NCBI GenBank assembly: GCA_943368745.1
Contig: CALRLP020000004.1
Span: 17,617 to 81,616 of the forward strand
Reading direction: 5' to 3'
DNA length: 64,000 nt
Origin: Maricaulis salignorans
Lineage (GTDB): Bacteria; Pseudomonadota; Alphaproteobacteria; Sphingomonadales; Sphingomonadaceae
Made by a program: the position numbers and the translations under genes. Under the pieces are notes generated by a model. It searched no databases, was not told the DNA's origin, and saw nothing but the letters and a program-made list of their open reading frames with translations. Shown piece by piece: positions 1 to 9,591 of the stretch. How positions within the stretch are numbered: position 1 is the first letter of the stretch; every line of letters begins with the position of its first letter.

Positions 1-915
1 TGCGACCATTGTTTCGCTTTCGCGTTCATAATGTCCGGCATAATGCGACACGTCAGTGGACGTGCCACCCATGTCAAAACCGATGATATTGGTAATGCCC
101 GCATGCGCCGCAGTTTTCGCCATGCCGACAATGCCGCCTGCGGGGCCAGACAAGATGGCATCTTTGCCGCGGAAGCTTTCGCTGCTGGTCAGGCCGCCAT
201 TTGATTGCATGAACAATGCGGAAATGTTGCCGCCAGCGTCGGCCTTCAACTGCTCGACATATTGCCGCAACACAGGCGACAAATAGGCATCGACCAACGT
301 CGTATCGCCGCGCCCGACCAGTTTGATCAGGGGCGCAATGACATGACTAACCGAAATTTGGGGAAAGCCGATTTCGGCCGCGATCTGCGCCAGTCGCTCT
401 TCATGCTGGGTATACAAATATCCATGCATCAAGACGATGGCGAGCGCGCGATATCCCGCATCATACGCCGCTTGCAGGCCCGTGCGCGCAGCATCTTCGT
501 CCAGCGGCATCAGCACGTCGCCCTTGGCATTGATCCGCTCGTCAATCTCAATGACTTTGCCATGCATTGGTTCGGGCAGCGCAATATGCCGCACGAATAA
601 TTTGGGCCGCTCTTGATACCCAATGCGCAGCGCGTCGCCAAAACCGCGCGTAATGGCAAGGCAGGTGGGCTCGCCCTTATGCTCAAGCAACGCGTTGGTT
701 GCGACCGTCGTGCCGATCCGCATTTCAACGGGCGGCAGCGGGCCATCGGATATGCCGGTAATCATCCGGACTGCCGCGATAGCGGCATCGCGATACTGTT
801 CGGGGTTTTCCGACAAAAGCTTGACGGTTTCGATTGCGCCATCGGGCGAACGGCCAATCACATCGGTAAATGTCCCGCCGCGATCAACCCAGAACTGCCA
901 GTTACGTGAATCCAT
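1..915 (-). CDS. 5-oxoprolinase / hydantoinase A family protein, N-terminal part (runs off window start; absent from ORF track)
   Basis: Manual translation from ATG 915: MDSRNWQFWVDRGGTFTDV...LSGPAGG...GFDMGGTSTDVSHYAG, the hydantoinase/oxoprolinase motifs. Confidence 0.9.
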   Translation of the reverse strand, partial: MDSRNWQFWVDRGGTFTDVIGRSPDGAIETVKLLSENPEQYRDAAIAAVRMITGISDGPLPPVEMRIGTTVATNALLEHKGEPTCLAITRGFGDALRIGYQERPKLFVRHIALPEPMHGKVIEIDERINAKGDVLMPLDEDAARTGLQAAYDAGYRALAIVLMHGYLYTQHEERLAQIAAEIGFPQISVSHVIAPLIKLVGRGDTTLVDAYLSPVLRQYVEQLKADAGGNISALFMQSNGGLTSSESFRGKDAILSGPAGGIVGMAKTAAHAGITNIIGFDMGGTSTDVSHYAGHYERESETMVA

Positions 916-1013
916 CTGCGCCGACTAACCGCTGGCATTGGTTCGTGCCATTAAAATCGCTTCACATGACTGGCGCACAGGCATACGGTCCACCGCAAAT
1001 AGATGGAGAGTTT

Positions 1014-2846
1014 ATGAAAAGTATTTTGAAAATGGGCGTCGCGGCCGTGTGTGCCAACCTGATTTTGCCAGCCACCGCTATATACGCCCAAGCCCCGGCC
1101 ACGTCAGTCGGCATCGCAAGCGAAGATGCGCGGCTAACCGCATTTCTGGATGCGGAATTCAGCGAATATCTCAAGCAACAGCCGCAAGTGGCAACGCGCC
1201 TTGGTCTCAAGGACGGCGGTGACCGCTGGAATGATATCAGCGACAAAGCGGCAGCAGAACAGGTTAAATGGCGTCAGGCAAGCGTTGCCCGCATGAAAGC
1301 GGCATTCAACCGCGCCGACCTTTCGCCCGAAGCACAGGTGAATTTCGACATCTGGGCATTGGAAGCCGAGCGCGCTGTCATGAGCGAAGCAAACCGGATG
1401 TACCGCCCGCCTTTCTACTCGCGTCTATATTCGGTGCACAGCCAGCTGGCAGACTTTTTGGTCAACACCCATGGGGTCGCCGACCTCACGGACCTAAAGA
1501 ATTACATCGCCCGGTTGCGCGGCATGCCTGCGGTGCTGGACATGGCGATTGAGCGGACTCAAGCGAGCGAACGCGCTGGCATTCGCGCACCCAAATTTCA
1601 GGTCGAGTCTGTCATTTCCGGCAGCGAGAAGCTCACCAGCGGCGCGCCATTCACGGCCGGACCAGACTCGGCGCTTTGGGCAGATGTTCAGGCCAAGACC
1701 GAAGCATTGGTCACCGCGGGCAAAATCGCGCGCAGCGATGCGGACGCCATGCTCGCCGAAGCGCGGGCGGCCATTCTTGATCTGAAGCCTGCTTATGGCC
1801 GGGTGATTGCATGGGGCAAGGCAAGCTTGCCAGCTGCTCCAAGCGGCCGCGTTGGTGCCATTTCGCTTCCCGGCGGTGCGGACTATTACGCAAACGAACT
1901 GAAGCTCAACACGACAACCGACTATACCGCAGACCAAATTCACAAAATTGGTCTTCAGGAAGTGGCGCGCATTGAGGCGGAACAAGACACCCTCGCACAA
2001 AAGGCAGGGTTCAAGGACCGCAGCGCTTTCTACGCCGAACGCGCCAGGCTATATCCGCCAAAGCCTTTTGACGACGCCGCGCGTGCCGAATATCTCGCCA
2101 CCGCAAATGCCTTTGTCGCCAAAACGCGCACGCTGTTGCCAGCTTATTTCGGCATGACGCCAGCGTTCGGCATTGAAGTGGTGCGCGAACCTGCGTTTAG
2201 CGAAGTCGCCGGCGGTGCCGCGCACGCGTCTGCGCCAAGCCCCGATGGCAAGCGCCCCGCCCGCACCTATGTGCATCTTGTGGGTACGACCCCCGATCCA
2301 GCGGCGCTGTACACGCTGATGTGTCATGAGGCGGTTCCCGGGCACAACACTCAGGGCGACATTCAGGTGCGGCAGCAAGGCGGGCCCAAATTCCGTTCGG
2401 TCACGGGCTATGTCGCGTTTGGCGAAGGCTGGGGACTATATGCCGAAGCTTTGTGCAAGGAAATGAATGCGTTTCCCGACATTGCGGCGGATTTCATGCG
2501 GCTGGATGCAGAGCTGTTCCGTGCAGCGCGTCTCGTCACCGACACCGGCATCCACGCGCTGGGTTGGACCGAAGACGAAGCCGTGACCTATATGAACACG
2601 ACGGGTCGGCAGCCGATTGAACGGTCACGTTCCGAAGTACGCCGCTATATCACGCTGCCCGGGCAAGCCACTGGCTACAAGATTGGCATGCTCAAAATCA
2701 TGGCGGAGCGCAAAAAGGCTGAGGCTGCGCTTGGCGCGAAATTCGATATCAAGGGTTTCCACGACCTTTTGATCGCGTCGGGTTCGCAACCTTTGTCTAT
2801 CCTTGAACGCCGGGTCGATGAATGGATCGCCGCGCGGGCGAAATAA
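1014..2846 (+). CDS. DUF885 family exported protein
   Basis: Signal peptide; CHEAVPGHNTQ, FGEGWGLYAE and PGQATGYKIG motifs; RBS GGAGAG before ATG 1014. Confidence 0.85.
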   Translation: MKSILKMGVAAVCANLILPATAIYAQAPATSVGIASEDARLTAFLDAEFSEYLKQQPQVATRLGLKDGGDRWNDISDKAAAEQVKWRQASVARMKAAFNRADLSPEAQVNFDIWALEAERAVMSEANRMYRPPFYSRLYSVHSQLADFLVNTHGVADLTDLKNYIARLRGMPAVLDMAIERTQASERAGIRAPKFQVESVISGSEKLTSGAPFTAGPDSALWADVQAKTEALVTAGKIARSDADAMLAEARAAILDLKPAYGRVIAWGKASLPAAPSGRVGAISLPGGADYYANELKLNTTTDYTADQIHKIGLQEVARIEAEQDTLAQKAGFKDRSAFYAERARLYPPKPFDDAARAEYLATANAFVAKTRTLLPAYFGMTPAFGIEVVREPAFSEVAGGAAHASAPSPDGKRPARTYVHLVGTTPDPAALYTLMCHEAVPGHNTQGDIQVRQQGGPKFRSVTGYVAFGEGWGLYAEALCKEMNAFPDIAADFMRLDAELFRAARLVTDTGIHALGWTEDEAVTYMNTTGRQPIERSRSEVRRYITLPGQATGYKIGMLKIMAERKKAEAALGAKFDIKGFHDLLIASGSQPLSILERRVDEWIAARAK

Positions 2847-2874
2847 GACCGCACTTTTAGGATTGGGGAGGCAG

Positions 2875-2915
2875 TTGACGCCGCCGAGGCACGATCTGTG
2901 CAATGGCGGCGTCAA
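2875..2915. terminator. Hairpin between convergent genes, probable bidirectional terminator
   Basis: Perfect 11-bp inverted repeat TTGACGCCGCC...GGCGGCGTCAA with inner GCAC/GTGC stem. Confidence 0.6.
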
Positions 2916-2936
2916 ACGCGTGCAGCAGCAGTCCGA

Positions 2937-4115
2937 TTATGCAGCTTGCTGCTTAATCGTTTCCATCAATGTCTTCATTTTATCGATGGTATAGAGCATG
3001 CTCTGCATTTTGCTTTTGTCGCCCAGAAGATCGCTCACGCGGGCATCAATCTTGCTTTCAACCTTCGCGGACACATTATCCTTGGCCTTGTCCCGCATGG
3101 CTTCCAACTGGCCGAGATAGCCAAAGGGCGCGGTGAACGAAATTGTCCCCAAGCCAACCGTTTTGTCGTCGCCGCTATAATGGAAAACCGCACAGGCTTT
3201 CAGGTTGATCGTATCGCCATCAATGCTGTCAACACCAAGATACAGTGTCGCGGTCACATGCCCGCCATAAATGATTTTGATGGGGATTATTTTTCCGCAC
3301 GATCCGGTATCTGAACCCTTCATCTCACGCAGCCGCTTGACGACATTCAGCGGTTGGCGATCATCGTCGGACCATTGCAACCATGACGCATACACAAAGC
3401 GCTCTTCAAGCTTGTTTTTGTCGAGGCCCTTTGAGCTAAGTCCGGAGGCAACGGACTTCATGTTCTTTTTACAATAATCTAGCTCTGTCGTGATCGTCGT
3501 TGTCTGGTCACCGTCTAGTGAACCGCATACACCGGAGATGAACGGGTAAAATTGCAACTGCAGTCCCATTTGAATGGTACGGTCATGCCCGTCATAGCTT
3601 GGCGTCGCCCGGGCGTAGCGTTGAAATAAGGTTATTCCATTGTCTTTAATTTCATTGAACTTTTCAATCCGCTGCTGGAGCTTGGCGGCCCGGCTGACCA
3701 AAAGGCAGAATTTGTCCCGAACACGCTCATATCGGGCTTCCTGTTCGTCAGACAAAGCAACGCCTTTTGCCTTAAGCGTATTATACGCGACCTGTGAGGC
3801 ACATAAATCGCTTGCGTAGCCGATTTTCTGCGCCGCAGTCTTGCCGGTGAAGTTCACTGGATTAGGAACTACGTTCACATTGTCTTGGTAGAGATTGCCA
3901 CCATTGTTGAACGACATATTGTAAACCACATCGTCGCTACCGGTCGCACTGGTCACCCCGAAATAGCCTTGATAAGACGCATTCATGTCGTCGACACTGG
4001 CCTCATAATCGGCATACGCACTGGCGTTCGCTCCAATGTCCTGCGCAAACGCCGTTACAGGAGCTCCGATAAGTAACGAACCAATAAGAGCTTTAAATAA
4101 TTTTCTATTTTTCAT
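2937..4115 (-). CDS. Hypothetical Sec-exported protein (392 aa, 6 Cys)
   Basis: Long ORF with signal peptide ending A-F-A at residue 24; no family recognised; visibly AT-richer than flanking genes. Confidence 0.8.
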   Translation of the reverse strand: MKNRKLFKALIGSLLIGAPVTAFAQDIGANASAYADYEASVDDMNASYQGYFGVTSATGSDDVVYNMSFNNGGNLYQDNVNVVPNPVNFTGKTAAQKIGYASDLCASQVAYNTLKAKGVALSDEQEARYERVRDKFCLLVSRAAKLQQRIEKFNEIKDNGITLFQRYARATPSYDGHDRTIQMGLQLQFYPFISGVCGSLDGDQTTTITTELDYCKKNMKSVASGLSSKGLDKNKLEERFVYASWLQWSDDDRQPLNVVKRLREMKGSDTGSCGKIIPIKIIYGGHVTATLYLGVDSIDGDTINLKACAVFHYSGDDKTVGLGTISFTAPFGYLGQLEAMRDKAKDNVSAKVESKIDARVSDLLGDKSKMQSMLYTIDKMKTLMETIKQQAA

Positions 4116-4206
4116 AATATTTTCCCTGACAAATCGTCATTAATTCACTTTTTTGGTCCGTATATTGTCTGTGTGCGCCGCGAACGGGTGATATTACAAT
4201 CGCGCA

Positions 4207-5658
4207 TCAATTTAACTTGGACGGTAATAGCATTTGGAACGACGGCGCTGGCGTTTCGGAGGGGCGTCGTCCGTATTGCTTGGACGGAGACAAAGTCGCG
4301 CCAAACAATATTTGACTCCATTCCGAAGGGCTGCGCGACGCCCGGTTATCGCTATTGGGTGCACGCGCTGTAAGCACGACAAGCACCTCACGACGGTCGA
4401 CTGACAGGCCCCGCCGCGAAAGCCCTGGTATCGCAACCGGCGTTATGGAGCGGCTGTTCGTGCTCCGCCGATTCAGCGAGTCTCCCGATCCGACGACGAT
4501 CGCCTTGCCATAAGGCAGTTTGACCGACACCTCGACATGGGTTTTGTCCGTTTCGAGGATGCTTGCGCCACGCCCGACATTCACCGATGACTGCCCTGTA
4601 ATGTTCGACATTTCCAAAACGACGTCGAGATCGACGTCGTTTGAACCAATTCGCTGCGGAGTTACTTCAAGCGTTACACCCACATCGCGTTCGATTGGCT
4701 GGCTGCGATCCGAAAGGGGAACGATTAGCACAGATCCGCCTTCGGCAAATTTGGACTTCTTGCCTTCGCGGGCAAGAACAACCGGGCTTGCTTCAAGCGT
4801 GACGTGCGATTGGCTGTTCGACGCCAGATTAAGCGAATAATTGATGGCTGGTGCGGTGATCGTGAGGTTGCCTGTCTTCGTGTCTGTGCTGTCCGCTGCC
4901 AAATCGTAACTGTAATTGAGTAACGTTCCGCCGAACTGCACAGAGAGCCCATCGAGCAGGTTCAGTCCGCGATTTCCCGATGAGCCGCGGGTTTCTCGGA
5001 TCAGATAAGCTTCGATGACTACGCCTGGTCCGTCGTCACCCGCAGCGCTGGCTGCTGCGTTGCCTGTGCCGGAGTCAGCCGGCGGAATCATGGGTGCGCT
5101 GGAGGATGAGGGAGACGTTGACGCAGGGCGCCAGCCGGTACCTGCAAACGCAGCGTCCAAAAAGTTTAATCCAACCATATCCAAGTCACCGGTTCGGTCT
5201 GCGCGCTCCAAAGCAGCCCGGGCGAATTCCGGTTCCCCCGCACGATATGCCAGCAATGCCATGGGCACAGCCATTGGCCCAGCTTCGCCGCGTCGTTCAA
5301 TCGCTTGCGCCATCTGGTTCATGGCCTCGCGAACATTGCCAAGCTGGTATGACGTTAATGCGGCCCCGGCGAGCGGCTCCCAAAGATCCGGCGCCAATCG
5401 GGCAGCGGTTTGAAAACCGCTTAACGCCATTTCAAGGTCGCCCCGCGTGACCGATGGTCCGTTTAGGAAATTCATAGCCGTGGCGTAATGCGCGGCAGCC
5501 GAAAGTGGGCTGTTGCGGACTGACGCGAAGCTGTCCGCTTCCGCTGTACGGCCAACATTCTTCATCGCGCCCTGCATATGGACAGGTGCACAGCCTGAAC
5601 TGGCCAGTGCCACTAAAACCACAAGGCCCAAGGGCCGCTGTAAGAAACGCAATGGCAT
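4207..5658 (-). CDS. Lipoprotein with TPR-like helices fused to a secretin core domain
   Basis: Lipobox-like ALASSG-C23; helical repeats ~55-170; secretin-type motifs VVIEAYLIRE, ASPVVLAREG, RDVGVTLEVTP, VKLPYGKAIVVG, IPGL...REVLVVLT. Confidence 0.75.
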   Translation of the reverse strand: MPLRFLQRPLGLVVLVALASSGCAPVHMQGAMKNVGRTAEADSFASVRNSPLSAAAHYATAMNFLNGPSVTRGDLEMALSGFQTAARLAPDLWEPLAGAALTSYQLGNVREAMNQMAQAIERRGEAGPMAVPMALLAYRAGEPEFARAALERADRTGDLDMVGLNFLDAAFAGTGWRPASTSPSSSSAPMIPPADSGTGNAAASAAGDDGPGVVIEAYLIRETRGSSGNRGLNLLDGLSVQFGGTLLNYSYDLAADSTDTKTGNLTITAPAINYSLNLASNSQSHVTLEASPVVLAREGKKSKFAEGGSVLIVPLSDRSQPIERDVGVTLEVTPQRIGSNDVDLDVVLEMSNITGQSSVNVGRGASILETDKTHVEVSVKLPYGKAIVVGSGDSLNRRSTNSRSITPVAIPGLSRRGLSVDRREVLVVLTARAPNSDNRASRSPSEWSQILFGATLSPSKQYGRRPSETPAPSFQMLLPSKLN

Positions 5659-5933
5659 ATGTCCCCCGCTGAATGCACTGTAACTTTGTCATGCAGGGAG
5701 GTGATGATGCCGCTTGGCTATTATACCCCAATCCCCGCTGTGCCGCGGCATGGCAGAACAAAATGGAGTAATGCAAACTTACAATTGTGAAATCTGTGTC
5801 ACATTCACATTAGAATTGATGTTATTTGTTATTTTATAGTTGATTACTATTCAGGCAACGGGCCGGACAAATAGCATCCAGTGGGGACGGCATAGCCTTG
5901 GTTCACCGCATCTGATGCAAATGAATCAATCTG

Positions 5934-6023
5934 TGGCGGAGACGGTGGGATTCGAACCCACGATAGAGTCACCCCTATACACACTTTCCAGGCGTGCGCC
6001 TTCGACCACTCGGCCACGTCTCC
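5934..6023 (-). tRNA. tRNA-Ser(GGA)
   Basis: 90 nt; acceptor stem GGAGACG/CGTCTCC, anticodon loop CTGGAAA, long variable arm, GTTCGAATC T-loop, encoded CCA. Confidence 0.97.
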
Positions 6024-6102
6024 GCATTCCCCTAAGGGACGCACGCCCCTAGCCGCTCCTTTCCGCTTTCGCAAGGCACAGTGATTTGCCATAATCGTAT
6101 TG

Positions 6103-7023
6103 ATGAAAAGATATCTGCCCCTGTTCGCCAGCGCCGCGATATGCGCCGCTCTTCCCGTCTCTGCGCAGGAGGCCAAAACCTATCCCGCGCCTTCGGAGAT
6201 TGTGGCGGCAGCCAAATCGGACGACTGGGTCGCCATTGCGCCGTCGGATGTATTGGTGATGGACCTCGCCCCCGATTCGAAAGGCAAGCAACGCCGCGTC
6301 GTCATTCAACTGATGCCTGCGCCGTTCAGCCAGGGTTGGGTCAGCAATATCCGCAAACTCGCCGCCGCGCATTGGTGGGACGGCACAAGCATCAACCGCG
6401 TGCAGGACAATTATGTCGTGCAATGGGGTGATGCGACCGAGAAGAAGGCGTTGCCGCAAGGATTGGCGACCGTCGGGGCGAAGGATTATGTCACCCCTGA
6501 CTGGCCGACGAAGGATTGGATTTTGGCCCGGGCAGACGGAAGGCCAGACGCCTACGCGGCGGCCCATGGCTTCTATCTTGGCTGGCCGCTGGCACAAGGC
6601 CGTGAGGGGCTTTGGCCCGTGCACTGCTACGGCATGGTCGGTGTAGGGCGTAACCTTTCACCCGACACCGGCACGGGCGCGGAACTCTATACCGTTATTG
6701 GCCATGCGCCGCGGCACTTGGACCGCAACATCGCGCTGGTCGGACGGGTGATCGAAGGCATTGAACATATGTCCAGCCTGCCACGCGGCACGGGTGCACT
6801 TGGCTTTTACGAGAAGGAAGAAGAGCGCGTGCCGATCCTGTCCGTGCGGCTTGGCACTGCAGCGAAGGACGTGCCAACGTTCGAATATCTGTCGACAGAC
6901 AGCAAAAGTTTTGCGGCCTATGCCGACGCGCGCGCCAATCGGCGGGATGCTTTTTTCAACATCCCTGCTGGCGGCGCAGACATTTGCAACATTCCGGTCC
7001 CGATACGGCGGAAAGGCAATTAA
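6103..7023 (+). CDS. Cyclophilin-type peptidyl-prolyl cis-trans isomerase, exported
   Basis: Signal peptide; RVQDNYVVQWGD, HCYGMVGVGR, GHAPRHLDRN, GRVIEG motifs. Confidence 0.85.
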   Translation: MKRYLPLFASAAICAALPVSAQEAKTYPAPSEIVAAAKSDDWVAIAPSDVLVMDLAPDSKGKQRRVVIQLMPAPFSQGWVSNIRKLAAAHWWDGTSINRVQDNYVVQWGDATEKKALPQGLATVGAKDYVTPDWPTKDWILARADGRPDAYAAAHGFYLGWPLAQGREGLWPVHCYGMVGVGRNLSPDTGTGAELYTVIGHAPRHLDRNIALVGRVIEGIEHMSSLPRGTGALGFYEKEEERVPILSVRLGTAAKDVPTFEYLSTDSKSFAAYADARANRRDAFFNIPAGGADICNIPVPIRRKGN

Positions 7024-7058
7024 GCCGTTTCATCCGCCATTGGGTTCAAGCGGGTAAC

Positions 7059-7895
7059 TCAGGGGGTTGGAACAGGAACGTCCGACGGTGCGGTCTGAAC
7101 CGGAGGCGCGACGATTACAGGAACCGCGACGGGTTGAAGGATGGCGACCTGTTCAAGCCGGTCGAGCGCTTTACGCGCATCGCTGAAACGTTTGGCCCGC
7201 GCCATCCATGATTGCGCGATGGATGCGCCGGGCAAAGCCACAACTTCCGTCACAGCAAGATCAAGCTTGCCTGCATCGACCAGCGCTTCGGCGCGGATCA
7301 GCCGTTCATTCGGCGCGAGTGATGGTCCGTTTTCTTTGCGCAGCACGAACAGTTCCGACAATTCCCGCTTCACGGTCGCCCACGTGCTGTCGTCTCGATT
7401 GCCCGTCAAAAGCACCGGCGCAAGTCCGCGCAATTCGGTTTTCAGGGCATCAATCGTGACCGGCGCTTGCCCTGCCGATAACACGGCGGCGACAGATTGC
7501 GGCTGGGTCGCGCCAAAACGCAGGCGCAACTGTTCAGCAAGAGCGCCCAGCGGCGCACCCTTATCTATCGCACGGCGCACCGCGTAAGTGAGCAACAACC
7601 CATCAGCGCGCGCGGCTTCGGGCGAGAGCATATTGGGTGATGGGAAAGTTGGAACCATTTGGTCGGTAACCGGCTGTGCGATAGCATTAGCATCGGTGGT
7701 GGTTACATTGCCCGCTGCCCCAGTGGATGACTCGACCGCCAAGGGGGCATCAGATGGCGTGAGAAAACCATATTTGTCGGCGATCACATAGGCAACAATC
7801 GCGCCGCCCAAAAAGGCACATAAAATAAGCAGCATGATGTGCTTGAATGTGAATCCACGGCGTGATGTCGCGGTCGCTGTTTGAAAATCGGTCAT
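7059..7895 (-). CDS. COG4223 / Mic60 (mitofilin)-like inner-membrane protein
   Basis: N-terminal TM helix; C-terminal RAEALVDAGKLDLAV...SWMARAK mitofilin-like segment; directly after hemC-hemD. Confidence 0.65.
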   Translation of the reverse strand: MTDFQTATATSRRGFTFKHIMLLILCAFLGGAIVAYVIADKYGFLTPSDAPLAVESSTGAAGNVTTTDANAIAQPVTDQMVPTFPSPNMLSPEAARADGLLLTYAVRRAIDKGAPLGALAEQLRLRFGATQPQSVAAVLSAGQAPVTIDALKTELRGLAPVLLTGNRDDSTWATVKRELSELFVLRKENGPSLAPNERLIRAEALVDAGKLDLAVTEVVALPGASIAQSWMARAKRFSDARKALDRLEQVAILQPVAVPVIVAPPVQTAPSDVPVPTP

Positions 7896-8617
7896 GTTGC
7901 TCCTTCAATAGCGGCATTCAGCGGCAGGGCGCAATCTATCCTTGTAAAATGCTGTCCTATTGCGTCCATTAACGCGGCGTCATTTGGTGAGGTGGCGACA
8001 ATTATCTGTGCCCAGCCGTCGCCAGCGCTTGCTGCGATAGCGTTCGAAAACGTCGCGAGCGTGATTTTGCTCCGCGATAGGCCGCCCGCATCGCACAGAC
8101 CGGCAAAGTGGGCCGCCGCGCGTGACGAATGCAGGATGACTGCATCGCATACTGCAACCTGCGCGGTGAAGTCCGCCGGTGTTTCCAGCACCGCGCTTCG
8201 ATACACGACAGCGATATCGATATGAACGCCAGCAACCTGCGGAACAGCACTATGGTCTTCACCTGCAAGCCATAAGAGCTTTTTGTGGCCGTCTGCGGCA
8301 GCAACGCCGACAAGCGCTTCCACGCCGCTTGATCCGGTCGCAGCGACTGGCAAACCCAAATGGGCCAGCGCGCTGGCGGTCGCGCTGCCGACCGCATAGA
8401 TCGGGATATCCCGCGCGTTTTCCAAAAATCCAGTCGCGGCGCGGGCGGCATTGCCGCTGGTCAACACAATGGCATCATATCCGTCAACCGATCCCGATGG
8501 CAGCGGCAGATGTTCAATGCCGAACAATGGCATAAGCACTGGCGCATATCCTGCGGCTGTAAAGCGGCGGGCGGTGGCATCCGCACCGGGTTGCGGCCGG
8601 AGAATCAGCACCTTCAC
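7892..8617 (-). CDS. hemD: Uroporphyrinogen-III synthase
   Basis: VLILRPQPG start, TSGNA, AVGSATA, VYRS, LHSSRAA motifs; overlaps hemC stop. Confidence 0.9.
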   Translation of the reverse strand: MKVLILRPQPGADATARRFTAAGYAPVLMPLFGIEHLPLPSGSVDGYDAIVLTSGNAARAATGFLENARDIPIYAVGSATASALAHLGLPVAATGSSGVEALVGVAAADGHKKLLWLAGEDHSAVPQVAGVHIDIAVVYRSAVLETPADFTAQVAVCDAVILHSSRAAAHFAGLCDAGGLSRSKITLATFSNAIAASAGDGWAQIIVATSPNDAALMDAIGQHFTRIDCALPLNAAIEGAT

Positions 8618-9549
8618 GAAACGAACATGCTCCGCAGTTCATCGCTGGCATTTGCCAGCAATTGATCTGCCAATTGTGCCGGACCATCACTTGTAGCTTC
8701 ATAGACGATTTCGCCCGCGTGCATTTCCCGGCCATCCGCGGTGAAAACTTCGCCTTTCAAGCGAATCTGGGAACCCTCGACCTGCGCCAATGCGGCAATG
8801 GGGGAGTGGCAATTGCCGCCCAATGCCTCAAGCAAGGCACGCTCCGCATTAACGGCGACAAAGGTATCCACATCGTTGATTGTCGCCAAAAACGGGACGA
8901 GCTCGCTGCGACTGGTCAACCGGTCAATGCCCACCGCGCCTTGCGATGCCGCCGGCAAAAACTGGCTCAGCGGTAATGGCGCGCCGACATTGGCCATGCC
9001 CAGCCGGTCCAACCCGGCCGCGGCCAAAAGTGTCGCATCCGCATCACCATTTTCAATATGCGCCAAACGGGTTGCGACATTGCCGCGCAAGGGGACTATC
9101 CGCACATCAGGACGGGCACGTTGCAGCTGCGCCGCCCGCCGTGGGCTGGATGTCCCGACCCGCGCACCATGCTTCAAATCGTCCAGCGACGCTGCACCAA
9201 TCAATCGGTCGCGCACATCCGCCCGCGGCAGCATGGCGGCGATGTCAAAAATGTCTGCGCGCACGGTCTCGACATCTTTCATCGAATGCACCGCGATATC
9301 GATCTGGTCATCGATCAGCGCACGTTCCAGCTCTTTGGTCCACAGCGCCTTGCCACCGATTTCGGCAAGCGGCCGGTCCTGAATCTTGTCACCTGTGGCG
9401 AGCATCGGGACCAAGAAGACGGCATCATCGGGCAGATTATGCGCCGCTTTGATGGCAGCCATCGTCATCTCCGCCTGCGCCAAAGCGAGCGGAGACCGGC
9501 GTGTACCGATGCGTAACGGACGGTCGGAGGAAAACGTTATCATTGTCAT
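8614..9549 (-). CDS. hemC: Hydroxymethylbilane synthase
   Basis: IGTRRSPLALAQ, GGKALWTKELE, AVHSMKD, VGTSSPRR, LRGNVATRL, LGGNCHSP. Confidence 0.97.
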   Translation of the reverse strand: MTMITFSSDRPLRIGTRRSPLALAQAEMTMAAIKAAHNLPDDAVFLVPMLATGDKIQDRPLAEIGGKALWTKELERALIDDQIDIAVHSMKDVETVRADIFDIAAMLPRADVRDRLIGAASLDDLKHGARVGTSSPRRAAQLQRARPDVRIVPLRGNVATRLAHIENGDADATLLAAAGLDRLGMANVGAPLPLSQFLPAASQGAVGIDRLTSRSELVPFLATINDVDTFVAVNAERALLEALGGNCHSPIAALAQVEGSQIRLKGEVFTADGREMHAGEIVYEATSDGPAQLADQLLANASDELRSMFVS

Positions 9550-9591
9550 GCGACTTGTTCATAGCGCCACGTCCACCTATGGGAAAGCGCA

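Noticed and set aside
2850-2936. Possible second att copy of the tRNA-Ser 3' end
   Set aside because: Only TGGCGG matches, which is too short and lies within a terminator hairpin.
5786-5803. TGTGA...TCACA upstream of the secretin, resembling a CRP site
   Set aside because: Spacer is 8 nt rather than the canonical 6; cannot be assigned without conservation data.
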